DNA of 64,000 nt from Chiloscyllium plagiosum (GCF_004010195.1 NC_057752.1:4406590-4470589); one strand, 5' to 3'. Numbered from the stretch's first letter, positions 1 through 13,498 are shown. The notes: a model not told the origin generated them from the letters alone. A program made the numbers and translations.

Positions 1-860
1 CACCGACGTCAGGCTCACTGGTCTATAGTTCCCTGGTTTGTCCTTACCACCCTTAAATAGTGGCACCACGTTTGCCAACCTCCAGTCTTCCAGCACCTCA
101 CCTGTGACTATCGATGATACAAATATCTCAGCAAGAGGCCCAGCAATCACAGCCCTAGTTGTCCACAGAGTTCTCGGGTACACCTGATCAGGTTCTGAGG
201 ATTTATCCATCTTTACCCATTTCAAGGCATCCAGCACTTCCTCCTCTGTAATCTGGACATTTTGCAAGACGTCACCATCTATTTCCCTACAGTCTATATC
301 TTCCATATCCTTTTCCACAGTAAATACGGATGCAAAATACTCCTTTAGTATCTCCCATTTTCTGCAGCTCCACACAAAGGCCGCTTTGCTGATCCTTGAG
401 GGGCCCTATTTTCTCCCTAGTTACCCTTTTATCCTTAATGTATTTGTAAAAGCCCTTTGGATTCTCTTTAATTCTATTTGCCAAAGTTATGTTCCCTTTT
501 TGCCCTCCTGATTTCCCTCAAGTATGCTCCTACTTCCTTTAAACTCTTCGAAGGATTCACTTAATCTAACCTGTCTATACCTTACATATGCTTCCTTCTT
601 TTTCTTAACCAAACCCTCAATTTCTTTAGTCATCCAGCATTCCCCACACCTACCACCCTTCCCTTTCACCCTGACAGGAATATACTTTTTCTGGATTCTC
701 GTTATTTCATTTCTGAAGGCTTCCCATTTTCCAGCCGTCCCTTTACCTGCGAACATCTGCCTCCAATCAGCTTTCGAAAGTTCTTGCCTAATACCGTCAA
801 AATTGGCCTTTCTCCAATTTAGAACTTCAACTTTTAGATCTGGTCTATCCTTTTCCATAG
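1..860 (-). mobile_element. CR1 (HER1-like) LINE fragment, ORF2 linker/pre-RT region, degenerate
   Basis: Minus-strand ORFs 487-858 (MEKDRPDLKVEVLNWRKANFDGIRQEL...) and 287-484 (NPKGFYKYIKDKRVTREKIGPL) are typical CR1 ORF2 peptides and closely resemble the copy at 8180-8700. Confidence 0.9.
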
Positions 861-1635
861 TTTATTCTATGTTACCTTTGTTTCATTTGTGTACAAAAAC
901 TTGATTTTGTTAAAACCAAATCTGCAGCATTAAAAAAAAATCTATCAAGGCAGATTTCAGTCTAGAATCCGACATGTCTGATAATAATATCAGCTAGCAT
1001 CATAAAGACAGACTGAATTATTCCCTTACAGTGAATGGTGAAAACCACAAACTTCAACTGTTCTCAAACATTTGCTTTTCAGAGTGGACACCTACGACCG
1101 GTGATGCTCCACAAAAATCAGTGCTGGGTCCACTTCTGTTTGTCATTTAGATGAGAAAATAGTAAGTTAGTAAGTTTGTGGATGACACCAAGGTTGGTGG
1201 TATAATGGACAGTGAGAAAGGTAATCTAAGATTACAAAAAGATCTTGACCAACCGGGTCAATGGCCTGAGGAGTGACAGTTTAATTTGTATAAATGAAGT
1301 ATTACACTTTGGTAAAACAAACAAGGACAGGACTTCTACAATTAAAAGCATAGCCTTGGGTAGTGTTGTCAGACAGAGACATAGGGGTTCAGGTACATAA
1401 TTCTTTGAAATTTGCATCACACGGTGGTTAAAGGCGGCATTTAGCACACTCCTTTGTTGCTCAGTCCTTTGAGTGGAGGAGTTGGGACGTCATGTTGGGG
1501 TTGTACAGGATGTTGGTGAGGCCTCTTCTGCAGTACTGTGTCCAGTTCTGGTCACCCGGTTATAGGAAGGATAGTATTAACCTGGAGAGGGTTCAATAGA
1601 TTTACCAGAATGCTGCCTGGAATAACGGTGTGAGG

Positions 1636-1914
1636 TTAGATTAGATTACTTACAGTGTGGAAACAGGCCCTTCGGCCCAACAAGTCCACACCGACNNNNN
1701 NNNNNNNNNNNNNNNNNNNNNNNNNNNNNNNNNNNNNNNNNNNNNNNNNNNCCTAACCTGCACATTTTTGGATTGTGGGAGGAAACCGGAGCACCCGGAG
1801 GAAACCCACGTAGACATGGGGAGCATGTGCAAACTCCGCACAGAGTCACCTGAGGCGGGAATTGAACCCGGGTCTCTGGCGCTGTGAGGCAGCAGTGCTA
1901 ACTACTGTGCCACC
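1636..1914 (-). mobile_element. tRNA-derived V-SINE (HE1-type elasmobranch SINE), contains the assembly gap
   Basis: Minus strand begins GGTGGCACAGTAGTTAGC (A box) and GGTTCAATTCC (B box), has the V-domain GGGTTTCCTCCGGGTGCTCCGGTTTCCTCCCAC and ends in a CR1-like tail with TAATC repeats. Confidence 0.85.
1696..1750. other. Assembly gap (55 N)
   Basis: Run of N characters. Confidence 1.
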
Positions 1915-3149
1915 CACAGAGATAGGGGGACAGGCTGGGACTTATTTTCAATGAACAAAAGGAGGTTGAGAAGTGACCTTACAGAAGTTTACAAAATCAT
2001 GGAGGGTATAGATAAGGTGAATGGCTGGTATCTTTTCCTTGGGGTGGGGATATTTCAAGACAGGGGGCATATTTTTAAGGTGAGAGCTGAAAGATTTAAA
2101 AAAGACATGAGGGGCAATTTTGAGTGGTTCGTGTGGAATGAACTGCCAGAGAAAGTGGCGGATGCAGGTACAATTACAACATTTAAAAGATATTTGGATA
2201 AGTACATGAACAGGAAAGGTTTGGAGGATATGGGCCAGGAGCAGGCAGGTGGGACGAGGTTAGTTTGGGATTATGGTCGGCATGGACTGGTTGGACTGAA
2301 GAGTCTGTTTCTGTGCTGTATGACTCTACAACATGTTTCCATAAATACTAAATATGTCTTTGGCAATTGTGTGTCAGCATGGTTGTTATGGAACTTCCTT
2401 TGCTTTAAATTACAGGCTAGTGACACTGACCAGCATTGCTGAGTTCCCTCTCTTTGGGATATTATTCTAGATGGATATCAAAGAGGAAAAAAATCAGAGG
2501 GTGAGTCATTCCTGCACAACTTTTTCACACTTCCTCACAGCTCAGAGATTATTGATGAGACTAGAGCAGGCTGGCCACACTGTAACCCAGGGTTGGGGAG
2601 AGAACACAAAATAGTGTATTTTAATGTACAGCTCCCCCACCCCCGCAAGAGTATGTATCTCTTTTCTCTGCTGACTTTTTCTGGGGTACAGTTATGCAGC
2701 TGCTTTCCTGTCAACAGAGGAGGTGAAAGAGGAGGGGGGGCATGGGATGGAAAGAAAATGAGGTCAAAGCAGATTGATTCTGAAATCAGACCCTGGTGGT
2801 GTTTCCCAAGGAATTACAGATGGCTGCAATTAACACTAGGCTGCAAACCAGTGGCCCAAATGATAGGAGTTCATGAAAGCATTCAGGGAATGGGCTGGTT
2901 AATGGTGCTTGCTTTTCCAGCTTCTTGTTATCGCTGCTGGCTGTTGCCTGTGAAAATTACTTAGCTGCAAAACCAACTGCAAACCTGAAACCAAACCAAC
3001 CACGTGTGGGTTAAATGATACAAAGCAAAACCAAAGACAATTATATAAATATTTAGAGGAGATTGTATTTTTTGTGTGTGCTCAGAGATCCCAGAAATAC
3101 CTTCAGCAGGGTCAGACCAGTAACCTGCAGACAGAAACTTCTTCTGGTC

Positions 3150-3640
3150 AAGTAGTTTTGGAATACTACATTCAATTCTGGTCTCCCTGCTATAGGAAGG
3201 ATGTTCAGAAACGATTTACAAGGATGTTGCCAGGGTTGGAGGATTTGAGCTCTCGGGAGAGGCTGAGCAGGCTGGAACTGTTTTCCTTGGAGTGACAGAG
3301 GCTGAGGGGTGACCTTACAGAGGTTTATAAAATCATGAGGGGCATGGATAGAATAAATAGGCAAGGTCTTTTCTCTGGGGCGGGGAATCCAAAATTAGAA
3401 GGCATTGGGTTAAGATGAGAGGGGAAAGATATAAAAGGGACCTGAAGGGCAACTTTTCACGCAGAGTGGTGAATGTATGGAATGAGCTGCCAGAGGAAGT
3501 GGTGAAGTTTGGTACATGAATAGGAAGGGCTCAGAGGGATATGGGCCAAGTGCTGGCAAATGGGACTAGATCAACTTAGGATATCTGGTCAGCATGGACG
3601 AGTTGGACCAAAGGGTCTGTTTCCATGCTGTATATCTCTA
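3150..3640 (+). mobile_element. CR1 LINE 3' end fragment
   Basis: LEYYIQFWSPCYRKDVQKRFTRMLPGLEDLSSRERL peptide followed by the CR1 3' UTR. Confidence 0.85.
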
Positions 3641-4215
3641 ACTGTAAGAGCAGGTCAAAGACTAGGAATACTGCAGTTAGTGACTCACCTCTTGACTCCT
3701 CAAAGCCTGGTCTACCATTTTCAAGGCACAAGTCAGGATGTGATAGAATACTCCCCACTTGCCAAATGGAGTGCAGCTCCAACAACTCTGAAGGTGGTCA
3801 ACACCATACAGGATAAAACAGCCTACTTGATTGGCACCACATTCACAAACACTCATAGTAGCAGTGCAAGCCTACAAGATGCATTGAAGAAATTCAGCAA
3901 GGCTCCTCAGGCAGCACCTTCCAAACCCACGACCACTTCCATCTGGAAGGACATAGGCGACAGATACGTGGGAACACTATCCTCTGCAAGTTTCCCTTGA
4001 AGCCACTTACCACCCTTACTTGGAAGTAGATCGCATTCCTTCCATGTCACTGGGTCAAAATCCTGGAATTTCCGCCCCAAAGGCATTGTGGGTCAACTAC
4101 ACCAAATGGATTGCAGTGGTTCAAGAAGGCAGGTCACCACCACCTTCTGAAGGACAACTAGAGATGAGCAATAATTACTAGTGTAGCCAGTGATGGACAT
4201 GTTCAACATGTGAAT
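3641..4215 (+). mobile_element. 3' fragment of an older CR1/L2-group LINE (tail shared with Deu-SINEs)
   Basis: IEYSPLAKWSAAPTTLKVVNTIQDKTAYLIG peptide and tail ...ttcaagaaggcaggtcaccaccaccttctgaaggacaactag. Similar pieces occur at ~47495-47660 and ~56695-57070. Confidence 0.6.
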
Positions 4216-5711
4216 TTAAAAACCCAAACAAATACATTCTCTCGCCCCACATAAATTTTGACTTGGTTATGGTTTCATTTCCCAGTTGAGATTCTGATGG
4301 CCTTTCATAAAATAGCTAAGCTTAGACTTTCTCAGCTTCACATAACTTCTTCAGATTTTTAAACAAACACTTCGGGTCTGGAAACTTGAATCTAAACTCT
4401 ATACATGGAGGTAACCTTTTTTTAAAAAAAAACACAACAGTCCTAAACTACCTCTCTTTCTTGGGAGCAACTGTTTCACACATCCACCTTCAGCCAAGAC
4501 TTCTGCAAACTCCCCAAACTGAAATGGAAAAAAAAAACGTTTTTCAAGCTGTGGGGGTTTCCCCTAAGTACCCCCCAAAATTACAGAAAACCTGACGCAC
4601 TGCACTGTTTACTTTGTTTGCTCATAAACCCTCCAAAATGAACAAAGCCCCATGAATCCCCAGCAAATCTCTCTCTAGTCGAGTGTTTTAAAAACAAATC
4701 ACCATGGCTGCAGAAATACTTACAAATTAATAATTGAACTCCTTATCGGGCACACAGAAAATCCATATGCCACTTGTTCCAAATTTAGAAAATCCAAATT
4801 ACTTTAAACTGTACAAAAATCATATACCTTGAATGACACCATCTTAACTTGGGTGCGGCCTGGCGTTAAACCGATTGTCGGTATTCATACCGATCTCGAT
4901 CCTGCAGAAATACGGTACATTACAGAAGTCGGAGGATGAAATACTACACGCCTCATTTCGATTTGAAGGTAGTAGTGTGAAGGAAAAAATGGTTAAAGTG
5001 AGCAGATTAAAGGTATTGGAGAACATCTGGAACCCAGTAAATGATGGTAAACTATTCAACTACAAGAGGCATTTTATGCAAGCCCAACCCATTCTTAAGT
5101 AGGAGGCAAGAATCCTGGCTGGCTGACCTTTCTTGTTCAAAAGGACAGTTGTGGAGCTTCCCCAACTAAGTGCAGGCTGTCGGTAGAACTTTGGACTTGA
5201 CTATCATTCTCATGAACTGACACACTGATCAGAGCCACTTCTACCAACAGCTTTCAGAGACTCACTCATTGATCCTCACTGCACAGAGTCAGCACCACCT
5301 GAGCTAAACAAACGTGAAGATGACGGAATAAAATAAATCCAAAACAAAGAACTGCAGATGCAGGAAATCGGAAACATTCCCCCTACCACCCTCTGTGAAA
5401 AAATGTCCCCTTGAATCTCCGTTAAACTTACCTCTCACCTTAAATCACCCCAGCTATGGGCACAGACAAGGAGAATAGGTCCTTCTACTAAACTAAGTAG
5501 ACCCATCATAATTTTATTCATTTCAATTAAGTCTACCCTCAGCTTCATCAGTCTAACTTATTGAATTCTTCCTCACAAAAACAATTTCCCAGTTCACACA
5601 ACATCTTTGTCAATCTACTCTGCATTCTCTCGTGCAACCATACCCTTTCTACAAATGTGACGACAGAATGGCATGCTATAATCCAACTGTGGTGCTAGCA
5701 TAATCTACAAA

Positions 5712-5930
5712 GGAGACAGTGAGGACTGTAGACACTGGAGATCAGAGTCAAAGCGTGAGATGCTGGAAAAGCACAGCACATCAGGTAGCATCTGAGGAGC
5801 AGGAAAATCGATGTTTTGGGCATAAGCCCTTCATCAGGAATGCCTGAATGGTTTATGCCCAAAACGTCGATTCTCCAGCTCCTCGGATGCTGCCTGACCT
5901 GCTGTGCTTTTCCAGTGCCACACTGACTCC
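5712..5930. mobile_element. Penelope-derived palindromic element with degenerate hammerhead motif
   Basis: Arms ~5745-5838 and ~5843-5929 are inverted repeats. The minus strand reads CTGATGA-A-GGGC-TTAT-GCCC-AAAAC. Confidence 0.7.
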
Positions 5931-6849
5931 TAAAATAATCTCTCAGTTTTTATAGGCTATTCCTTGGCTAATAAAGACAAGAATGCATATGTTTTCTTGA
6001 CCACCTCATCGACCTGTCCTGCTAACTTCAAGCCTCTCACTTCCTCTACACCTCTCAGGATCCTACCATTGTGTATTCCTTCCTCAAACAAAGGATCCTT
6101 CCCTTCTTCCGATTCAAATCTCCACAGTCAGATGTACAGCCAGAGCCAGAGAACAACAGCTCAAAGAAACAGCATTTGACAATCAAATTATCTAACAACA
6201 TTGCTATGAAGTGCCTTGAAACAGTTTACAACGTAAAATAACGTTTTATAAATGCAAACTGTTGTTGGGCTGCTGACGGTCCAGTAACTAAACACGTCAG
6301 AGTGGTACCAGGATTTCCACCTATTTTTACAATAGTTCATGGCACTGATGCTGTGGTGTATTCCAACATCTAGCCGATCCTGGCACTGACTCTACAATGT
6401 ATTCTCTATACTATTTCCATTGAAATCACAGCCGAATTAAGAATCGACTGAAACTGGATCCTTATTAACTGACTCTCCTAATCCCAGTGTTGGGATGCAC
6501 ATACACGTAGCCAACTTCGTGTGACTTAGCACTTGAATTTGACAGAGTAAGTGTCTCAAAGTGTTCAGGGCAGATAGGTAGTGTCTTGGTTACTTTTGTC
6601 TAAACAATGCAGCGAATTGAAGTCCAGGAATATTCAAAGAAAAGGTAAGGTTTTCAGTTTGTGCCTAATCTCTTTTCTCTACAAATTGCTTGCTCGGTAT
6701 AAGATTGATACTGTTGATTTGAAAAAAAGATGAAAAATACAAAAGTGTAAAAGGAGGAGGGGAACTAAAATGACTTAATTAACAAGTAAAATATGATCGA
6801 AACGACAGGTCAGTTGCTGTGTTGTAGTTGAACACAAGCATGATCTACA

Positions 6850-9800
6850 GGTATCGAGACAGGCTCTAATGCAATGAGGGCTACGTCGGGTTCCAAGAGA
6901 TTGATTGTGTTAGGGGACACTCTAGTCAGAGACACAAACTGATGTTTCTGTGGCCAGCAGCGAAAAATCAGAATGGTGTGTTGCTTCCCTGGTGCTAGGG
7001 TCAAGGATGTCTCAGAGAGGGTGCAGAATGTTCTCAAAGGGGAGAGGGACCAGCAAGAGGTCATTGTACACATGGGAACCAACAACATAGGAAGGGAAAA
7101 GGATGAGATTCTGAAGGGAGAATATAGAGAGAGTCAGACAGGAATTTATAAAAGGAGGTCCTCGAGAGTAGTAATGTCTGGGTTGCCCTCGGTGCTGAGA
7201 GCTTGAGAGGGTAGGAATAGGAGGATAGAGCAGATGAAGATGTGGCTGAGGAGCTGGAGTATGGGAGAAGGTTCACATTTTTGGATCATTGGAGTCTCTT
7301 CTGGGCTAGAAGTGACCTGTACAAGGAGGACAGATTGCACCTGAATTGGAAGGGGGCTAATATACTGGCAGGGAGATTTGCTAGAGCTACTTGGGAGGGA
7401 TTAAACTACATGGTGGGAGCAGGACCCAGAGAGATAGTGAGGAAAGAGATCAAGCTGAGACCAGTACAGTTGAGAACAGAAGCAAGTCAAACAGCCAGGG
7501 CAGGCAGGGACAAAGCAGAGAATAGAGAACAAAGTAGGACTGATAAATTAGACTGCATTTACTTCAATGGAAGGGGCCTAATAGGGAAAACAGATGAACT
7601 GAGGGCATGGTTAGGAAGATGGGACTGGGATATCAGTGACAAAATCATGGCTCAGGGATGGACAGGGCTGGCAGCTTAATGTTCCAGGATACAAATGCTA
7701 CAGGAAAGATAGAAAAGGAGACAAGAGAGAAGGGGGAGTGGCGTTTTTGATAAGGGATAGCATTACAGCTGTACTGAGGGAGGATATTCCCTGAAATACA
7801 TCCAGGGAAGTTATTTGGGTGGAACTGAGAAATAAGAAAGGGATGATCACCTTATTGGGATTGTATTATAGACCCCCTAATAGTCAGAGGGAAATTGAGA
7901 AGGAGATCTCAGTTATCTGTAAGAATAATAGGGTGGTTATGGTAGGGGATTTTAACTTTCCAAACATAGACTGGGACTGCCATAGTGTTAAGAGTTCAGA
8001 TGGAGAGGAATTTCTTAAGTGTGTACAAGACAATTTTCTGATTCAGTATGTGGATGTACCTACTAGAGAAGGTGCAAAACTTGACCTACTCTTGGGAAAT
8101 AAGGTAGGACAGGTGACTGAGGTGTCAGTGCAGGAGCAATTTGGGACCAGCGACCATAATTCTATTAGATTTAAAATAGTGCTGGAAAAGGATAGACCAA
8201 ATCTAAAAGTTGAAGTTCTAAATTGGAGGAAAGCCAATTTTGACAGTATTAGGCAAGAACTTTCAAAAGCTGATTGGGGGCAGACGTTCACAGGTAAAAG
8301 GATGATTGGAAAATGGGAAGCCTTCAGAAATGAGATAGAGAGTCCAGAGACAGTATATTCCTGTTCGGGTGAAAGGAAACACTGGTAGGTATAGAGAATG
8401 CTGGATGACTAAAGAAATTGAGGGTTTGGTTAAGAAAAAGAAGGAAGCATATGTCAGGTATAGACAGGATAGATCGAGTGAATCCTTAGAAGAGTTTAGT
8501 ATAAAGGCAGTAGGAGTATACTTGAGAGAGAAATCAGGAGGGCAAAAAGGGGACATGAGATAGCTTTGGCAGATAGAGTTAAGGAGAATCCAAAGGGTTT
8601 TGTCCAAAGGGACAAAAGGGTAACGAGGGAGAGAATAGGGCCCCTCAAAGATCAGCAAGGAGGCCTTTGTGTGGAGCCGCAGGAGATGGGGGAGATACTA
8701 AATGAGTATTTTGCATCAGTATTTACTGTGGAAAAGGACATGGAAGATATAGAATGTAGGGCAATAGTGACATCTTGAAAATGTCCACATTAGAGGAGGA
8801 AGTGCTGGATGTCTTGAAATACATAAAAGTGGATAAATCCCCAGGACCTGATCGGGTGTACCCTAGAACTCTGTGGGAAGCTAGGGAAGTGATTGCTGGG
8901 CCTCTTGCTGAGATATTTGTATCATTGGTTGTCACAGGTGAGGTGCCGAAGACTGGAAGTTGGCTAACATGGTGCCACTGTTTAAGAAAGGTGGTAAGAC
9001 AAGCCAAGGAACTATAGACCAGTGAGCCTGACGTCGGTGGTGGGCAAGTTGTTGGAGGGAATCCTGAGGGACAGGATGTACATGTATTCGGAAAGGCAAG
9101 GACCAATTAGGAATAGTCAGGATGGCTTTATGCATGAGAAATCATGTCTCACAAACTTGATTGAGTTTTTTGAAGAAAGAAGAAAGAGAATTGATAAGGG
9201 CAGAGCAGTAGATGTGATCTATATGGACTTCAGTCAGGCATTTAACAAGGTTCCCCATGGGAGACTGATTAGCAAGGTTAGATTTCATGGAATACAGGGA
9301 GAACTAGCCATTTGGATACAGAACTGGCTCAAAGGTAGAAGACAGAGGGTGGTGGTGAAGGGTTGTTTTTCAGACTGGAGGCCTGTGACTAGTGGAGTGC
9401 CACAAGGGTCGGCGCTGGGTCCACTACTTTTCGTCATTTATACAAATGATTTGGAATGTGAGCATAAGAGATACAGTTAGTAAGTTTGCAAATGACACAA
9501 AAATTGGAGGTGTAGTGGACAGTGAAGGTGGCTACCGCAGATTACAACGGGATCTTGATCAAATGGGCCAATGGGTTGAGGAGTAGCAGATGGAGCTTAA
9601 TTTAGATAAATGCGAGATACTGCATTTTGGGAAAGCAAATCTTAGCAGGACTTATACACTTAATGGTAAGGCCCTAGAGAGTGTTGCCAAACAAAGAGAC
9701 CTTGAAGTGCAGGTTCATAGCTCCTTGAAAGTGGAGTCGCAGGTAGATAGGATAGTGAAGGTGGTGTTTAGTATGCTTTCCTTTATTGGTCAGAGTACTG

Positions 9801-10138
9801 AGTACAGGAGTTGGGAGGTCATGTTGCGGCTGCACAGGACATTGGTTAGGCCACTTTTAGAATATTGCATGCAATTCTGATCTCCTTATGAAACTTGGAA
9901 ACGTTCAGAAAAGGTCTCCAAGGATGTTGCCAGGGTTGGAGGATTTGAGTTATAGGGAGAGGCTGAACAGGCTGGGGTGGTTTTCTCTGCAGCGTCAGAG
10001 GGGTGACCTTATAGAGGTTTATAAAATAATGAGGGGCATGGATAAAATAAACAGACAGTCATTTCCCTGGGGTGGGAGAGTCCAGAACTAGCGGGCATAG
10101 GTTTAGGGGAGAGGGGATAGATATAAAAAGGGACCCCA
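6850..10138 (+). mobile_element. Long 5'-truncated CR1 LINE (ORF1 esterase/SGNH part, ORF2 APE endonuclease and reverse transcriptase), inactivated
   Basis: ORF1 peptides VCCFPGARVKDV...HMGTNNIG and DRLHLNWKG; endonuclease [61 protein letters not shown]. Many frameshifts and stops. Confidence 0.95.
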
Positions 10139-10144
10139 GACCAA

Positions 10145-10275
10145 ATTTCCCTCTGACTAATGCACCTAACAGGGGGATTTAGCATGGCCAATTCACCTGA
10201 CCTGCACATCTTTGTGGCTGTGGGTGGAAACCGGAGCACCCGGAGGAAACCCATGCTAACCCCTGAGCCACCGTG
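10145..10275 (-). mobile_element. Partial HE1-type V-SINE
   Basis: V-domain ggaaaccggagcacccggaggaaaccca as in the copies at 1636 and 49265. Confidence 0.75.
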
Positions 10276-10284
10276 CTTGTAAAT

Positions 10285-10430
10285 CTCTAAGGTCACCTCT
10301 CCACCTCCAATGCACCAGGGAAAATAGCACAAGTCTATTCAGCCTCTCCCTATAGCTCAAACCCTCCAACCCTGGCAACATTCTTGTAAGTCTTTTCTGA
10401 ACCCTTTCAAGATTCACAACACGTTTCCTG
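10285..10430 (-). mobile_element. Short inverted CR1 3' fragment
   Basis: Reverse complement resembles the CR1 KRFTRMLPGLE region (cf. 9890-10012). Confidence 0.75.
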
Positions 10431-11289
10431 TAGCTTCTTCAGTTCTGAACTGGAATCATACCAAACTGGAAGCATTAATTCTCTTCTTCGCCACAGATGC
10501 TGCCAGACCTGCTGAGTTCCTCCAGCATTGTGAATTTGTTACTGACCCTATAGTGCAACACATACACTATCCTGGCACTGACCCTAAACTATATTCCAAC
10601 ACAATCTACATTATATTGCAATGCCCATTATACCACACTAAGCTTCTAGATTACATTCATATTGCACTACAGTCCTGTAAATACATACATCATATTTTAA
10701 CCAGAGAGCTGCTTACATCATGGCTATCATAAACTTCACTACAGTGCTCCATACATTCAATGTTGTCCCCTACTCATGTTGGTGTGCTTGTTGTCTTTTT
10801 TTTTAAAAAGACTTCAAAAGCACCCTAATACAACCTCTTTAGACTATTTGGAAGTGCCAGACTTGTTTCAAGGATTGGATGGGCCAAGAAACGCTTCAAT
10901 TTTGGCATTGAAGAAACTTAGCAGCACATGGTCATTGCCAAAAACGATGATTCATCCAGAACAGTGCGACTTATGATTCCGTACAGTCACAGTAACTATT
11001 CTTCCTGAGACTGTAAAGATACATACAAAAACAAATTTAAGACAGGTTTGAAATCAGGATTCAGAATTACAACAGTCTGGGCCAAACACTCCCAAACGAT
11101 ATAATAAGCACCGCACAGTCAAATGCAGCAAGTACATTAGACTTTTTTTAAAATTGGGGAATACAGTGCTATCACGTGTATTAAATACTACACTCAAACT
11201 CAAGATTCTATTTATTCTACTGTAGAATATTGCTGCAATAGTCAAGATGCCAAGAAAATTATCAATGTGTCATTCAAGTGGCCATTTGT

Positions 11290-11885
11290 CACATGTCAGC
11301 GTAAACACCAGAGCTTGTTATAGTCAAACCTGGATCTGCCCACACCTTAAGTTCACATATAGTCTTGTCAGCAGGTCACTGGATAGGTACCAGGGGTCAG
11401 CCTCATTGACAAATAAGTTGGCACTGATGCAAAGCCTAAACACGCAGAGGAATCTGAGCAACTTACTGTATGAATTGCAGGAAGCTAGCATGTAGGTACA
11501 GCAAGTAATTAGGCAAGTTAACAAGTGATAACATGAGGGAAACGGAATCCAAAATTAGAAGGTTCTCCTTCAGCTATACAGGGCATTAGTGAAACCAAAT
11601 CTGGAGCAGTGTGTAGTGTACTGATCTCATTTAAAATAGCATGGAAATGTGTTAAAATCCATTGAGGGGATTTACTAGACTAATACCTAGAAAGAGTGGG
11701 TTGTCCTTTGAGGAAAGGTTGAACAGACTGGACTTGTACCCACTTGAGTTTCAGAGTCCGCTTGACTGAAAGATAACATCCAGTGGAGTCTAGATAGATT
11801 TTTGTTAACCAAGTGGGTGAAACGTTATCAGGGTCGTAATCAAGTCAACAATCATCTCATTGAATAGCAAAACAGGCTCAAGGGA
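11290..11885 (+). mobile_element. Old, decayed CR1 3' fragment
   Basis: cagctatacagggcattagtgaaaccaaatctggagcagtgtgt (LYRALVKPNLE) and a degenerate CR1 3' UTR. Confidence 0.6.
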
Positions 11886-12554
11886 CACATTCATACAAGC
11901 ATATACATTAGGAGCAGAAAGATGGTACCTCTGGCAAGATAGCACGCCCTCAATGCCACATCAGATTGCCGGTCGAGATTTGTGTGACCAGTGACCTCAA
12001 CTTTCCAAATCAGACACAATTGGGCTACTCACCAAGCCACAAAAGGAAGCAGCAAATTCCACATTTCCATCATGAAGTTGTGAAACAGCTTGACGTTTAA
12101 GGTAATTGATAGTGAGGCAGATACACAATCAATATTACATTAAAAGCAGTTCAATCTTGGGCCAGGGAAAGCTGTATCTGCAATGCTTGACTCCTGCTTA
12201 GTTGAAACACAATCTTAAAGAGAGATTGATGTACTGCTACACTAAAGGACAGTAAATTGCTTTGGGATACCAAGTACTGTTTTGGATATATTAAAAAAGG
12301 ACAGATATTTTGTGACAGGCAGATCATACAACATCTATAATAACCACCACCAGCTTGTGTTTTTCATGATGTTGGTTGAAGTATTGTTACCATCCATGAC
12401 ACTGAAGGGATAGAAGCAGGACCAACACGCATGTAACCTAGGAGGAAAAGTTTAATAAACTCTGAAACCAAAGTTTGGTTGGTGTACTAAGCTTGTCCAT
12501 TCCAACTGCATGTCAGCAGCTAACAGCAATTGTAAGTTATACATAGAATGATTA

Positions 12555-13498
12555 GGCTGGGAATTTGTGTTGCAGATGTTTCATCCCCTGTCTGGGTGAC
12601 ATCCTCAGTGCTTGGGAACCTCCTGTGAAGCGCTTCTGTGTTGTTTCCTCCAGCATTTATATAGGGGTTTGTCTCTGCCGCTTCCGGTTGTCAGTTCCAG
12701 CTGTCCGCCGCAGTGGTCGGTATATTGGGTCCAGGTCGATGTGCTTATTGATTGAATCGGTGGATGAGTGCCATGCCTCTAGGAATTCCCTGGCTGTTCT
12801 CCGTTTGACTTGTCCTATAATAGTAGTGTTGCCCCAGTTGAACTCCTATTGCTTGTCATCTGTGTGTGTGGCTACCAAGGATAGCTGGTCATGTCGTTTC
12901 GTGGCTAGTTGGTGTTCATGGATAGTTAGCCGTCTTCCTGTTTGTCCTATGTAGTGTTTTGTGCAGTCCTTGCATGGGACTTTGTACACTACATTGGTTT
13001 TGCTCATGCTGGATATTGGGTCCTTTGTCCTGGTGAGTTGTTGTCTGAGAGTGGCTGTTGGTTTGTGTGCTGTTGAGTCCTAGTGGTCACAGTAGTCTGG
13101 CTGTCAGTTCAGAAATGTTGTCGATGTATGGTAACATGGCTAGTCCTTTGGGTTGTTGCACGTCCTCATTCCGTTGTCTTTCCCTTAGGCATCTGTTGAT
13201 GAAATTGCAGGGGTATCCGTTTTTGGCGACTACATTGTAGAGGTGTTCTTACTCTTTTTGACCTGGACCCAATATACCAACCACTGCAGCAGACAGCTGG
13301 AACTGACAACCGGAAGCGGCAGAGACAAACTACTATAAATGCCGGAGGAAACACCACAGAAGCGCTTCACAGGAGGCTCCCAACCACTGAGGATGTCACC
13401 TAGACAGGGGATGAAACATCTGCAACACAAATTCCTAGCTCGGCGAACAGAACCACAACAACGAGCACCCGAGCTACAAATCTTCTCACAAACTTTGA
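12555..13498. mobile_element. Penelope-like retroelement, 5'-truncated, with inverted pseudo-LTR and 12-bp TSD
   Basis: Minus strand encodes the GIY-YIG motif NVVYKVPCKDCTKHYIGQTGR (~12935-13005). 12556-12736 is an inverted repeat of ~13260-13440. TSD ATAGAATGATTA at 12543-12554 and 13499-13510. Confidence 0.92.

Larger units (their letters stand above)
1083..2330 (+). mobile_element. CR1 LINE 3' fragment, interrupted by a SINE at ~1636-1914
   Basis: Degenerate RT motifs (cacaaaaatcagtgctgggtcc = PQ.SVLGP; aagtttgtggatgacacc = KFVDDT), C-terminal RRLRSDLTEVYKIM peptide and CR1 3' UTR. Confidence 0.85.

Noticed and set aside
524..904. 126-aa plus-strand ORF (and the similar antisense ORFs at 8043-8658 and 8723-9135)
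   Set aside because: Shadow frames on the opposite strand of CR1 ORF2 fragments; not genes.
1636..1914. tRNA gene suggested by A/B boxes (also 49265-49574)
   Set aside because: The boxes belong to SINE heads followed by V-domain and LINE tail; no complete cloverleaf.
6850..10138. Possible active reverse transcriptase gene
   Set aside because: Multiple stops and frameshifts, FADD motif degenerated to FAND, truncated at both ends.
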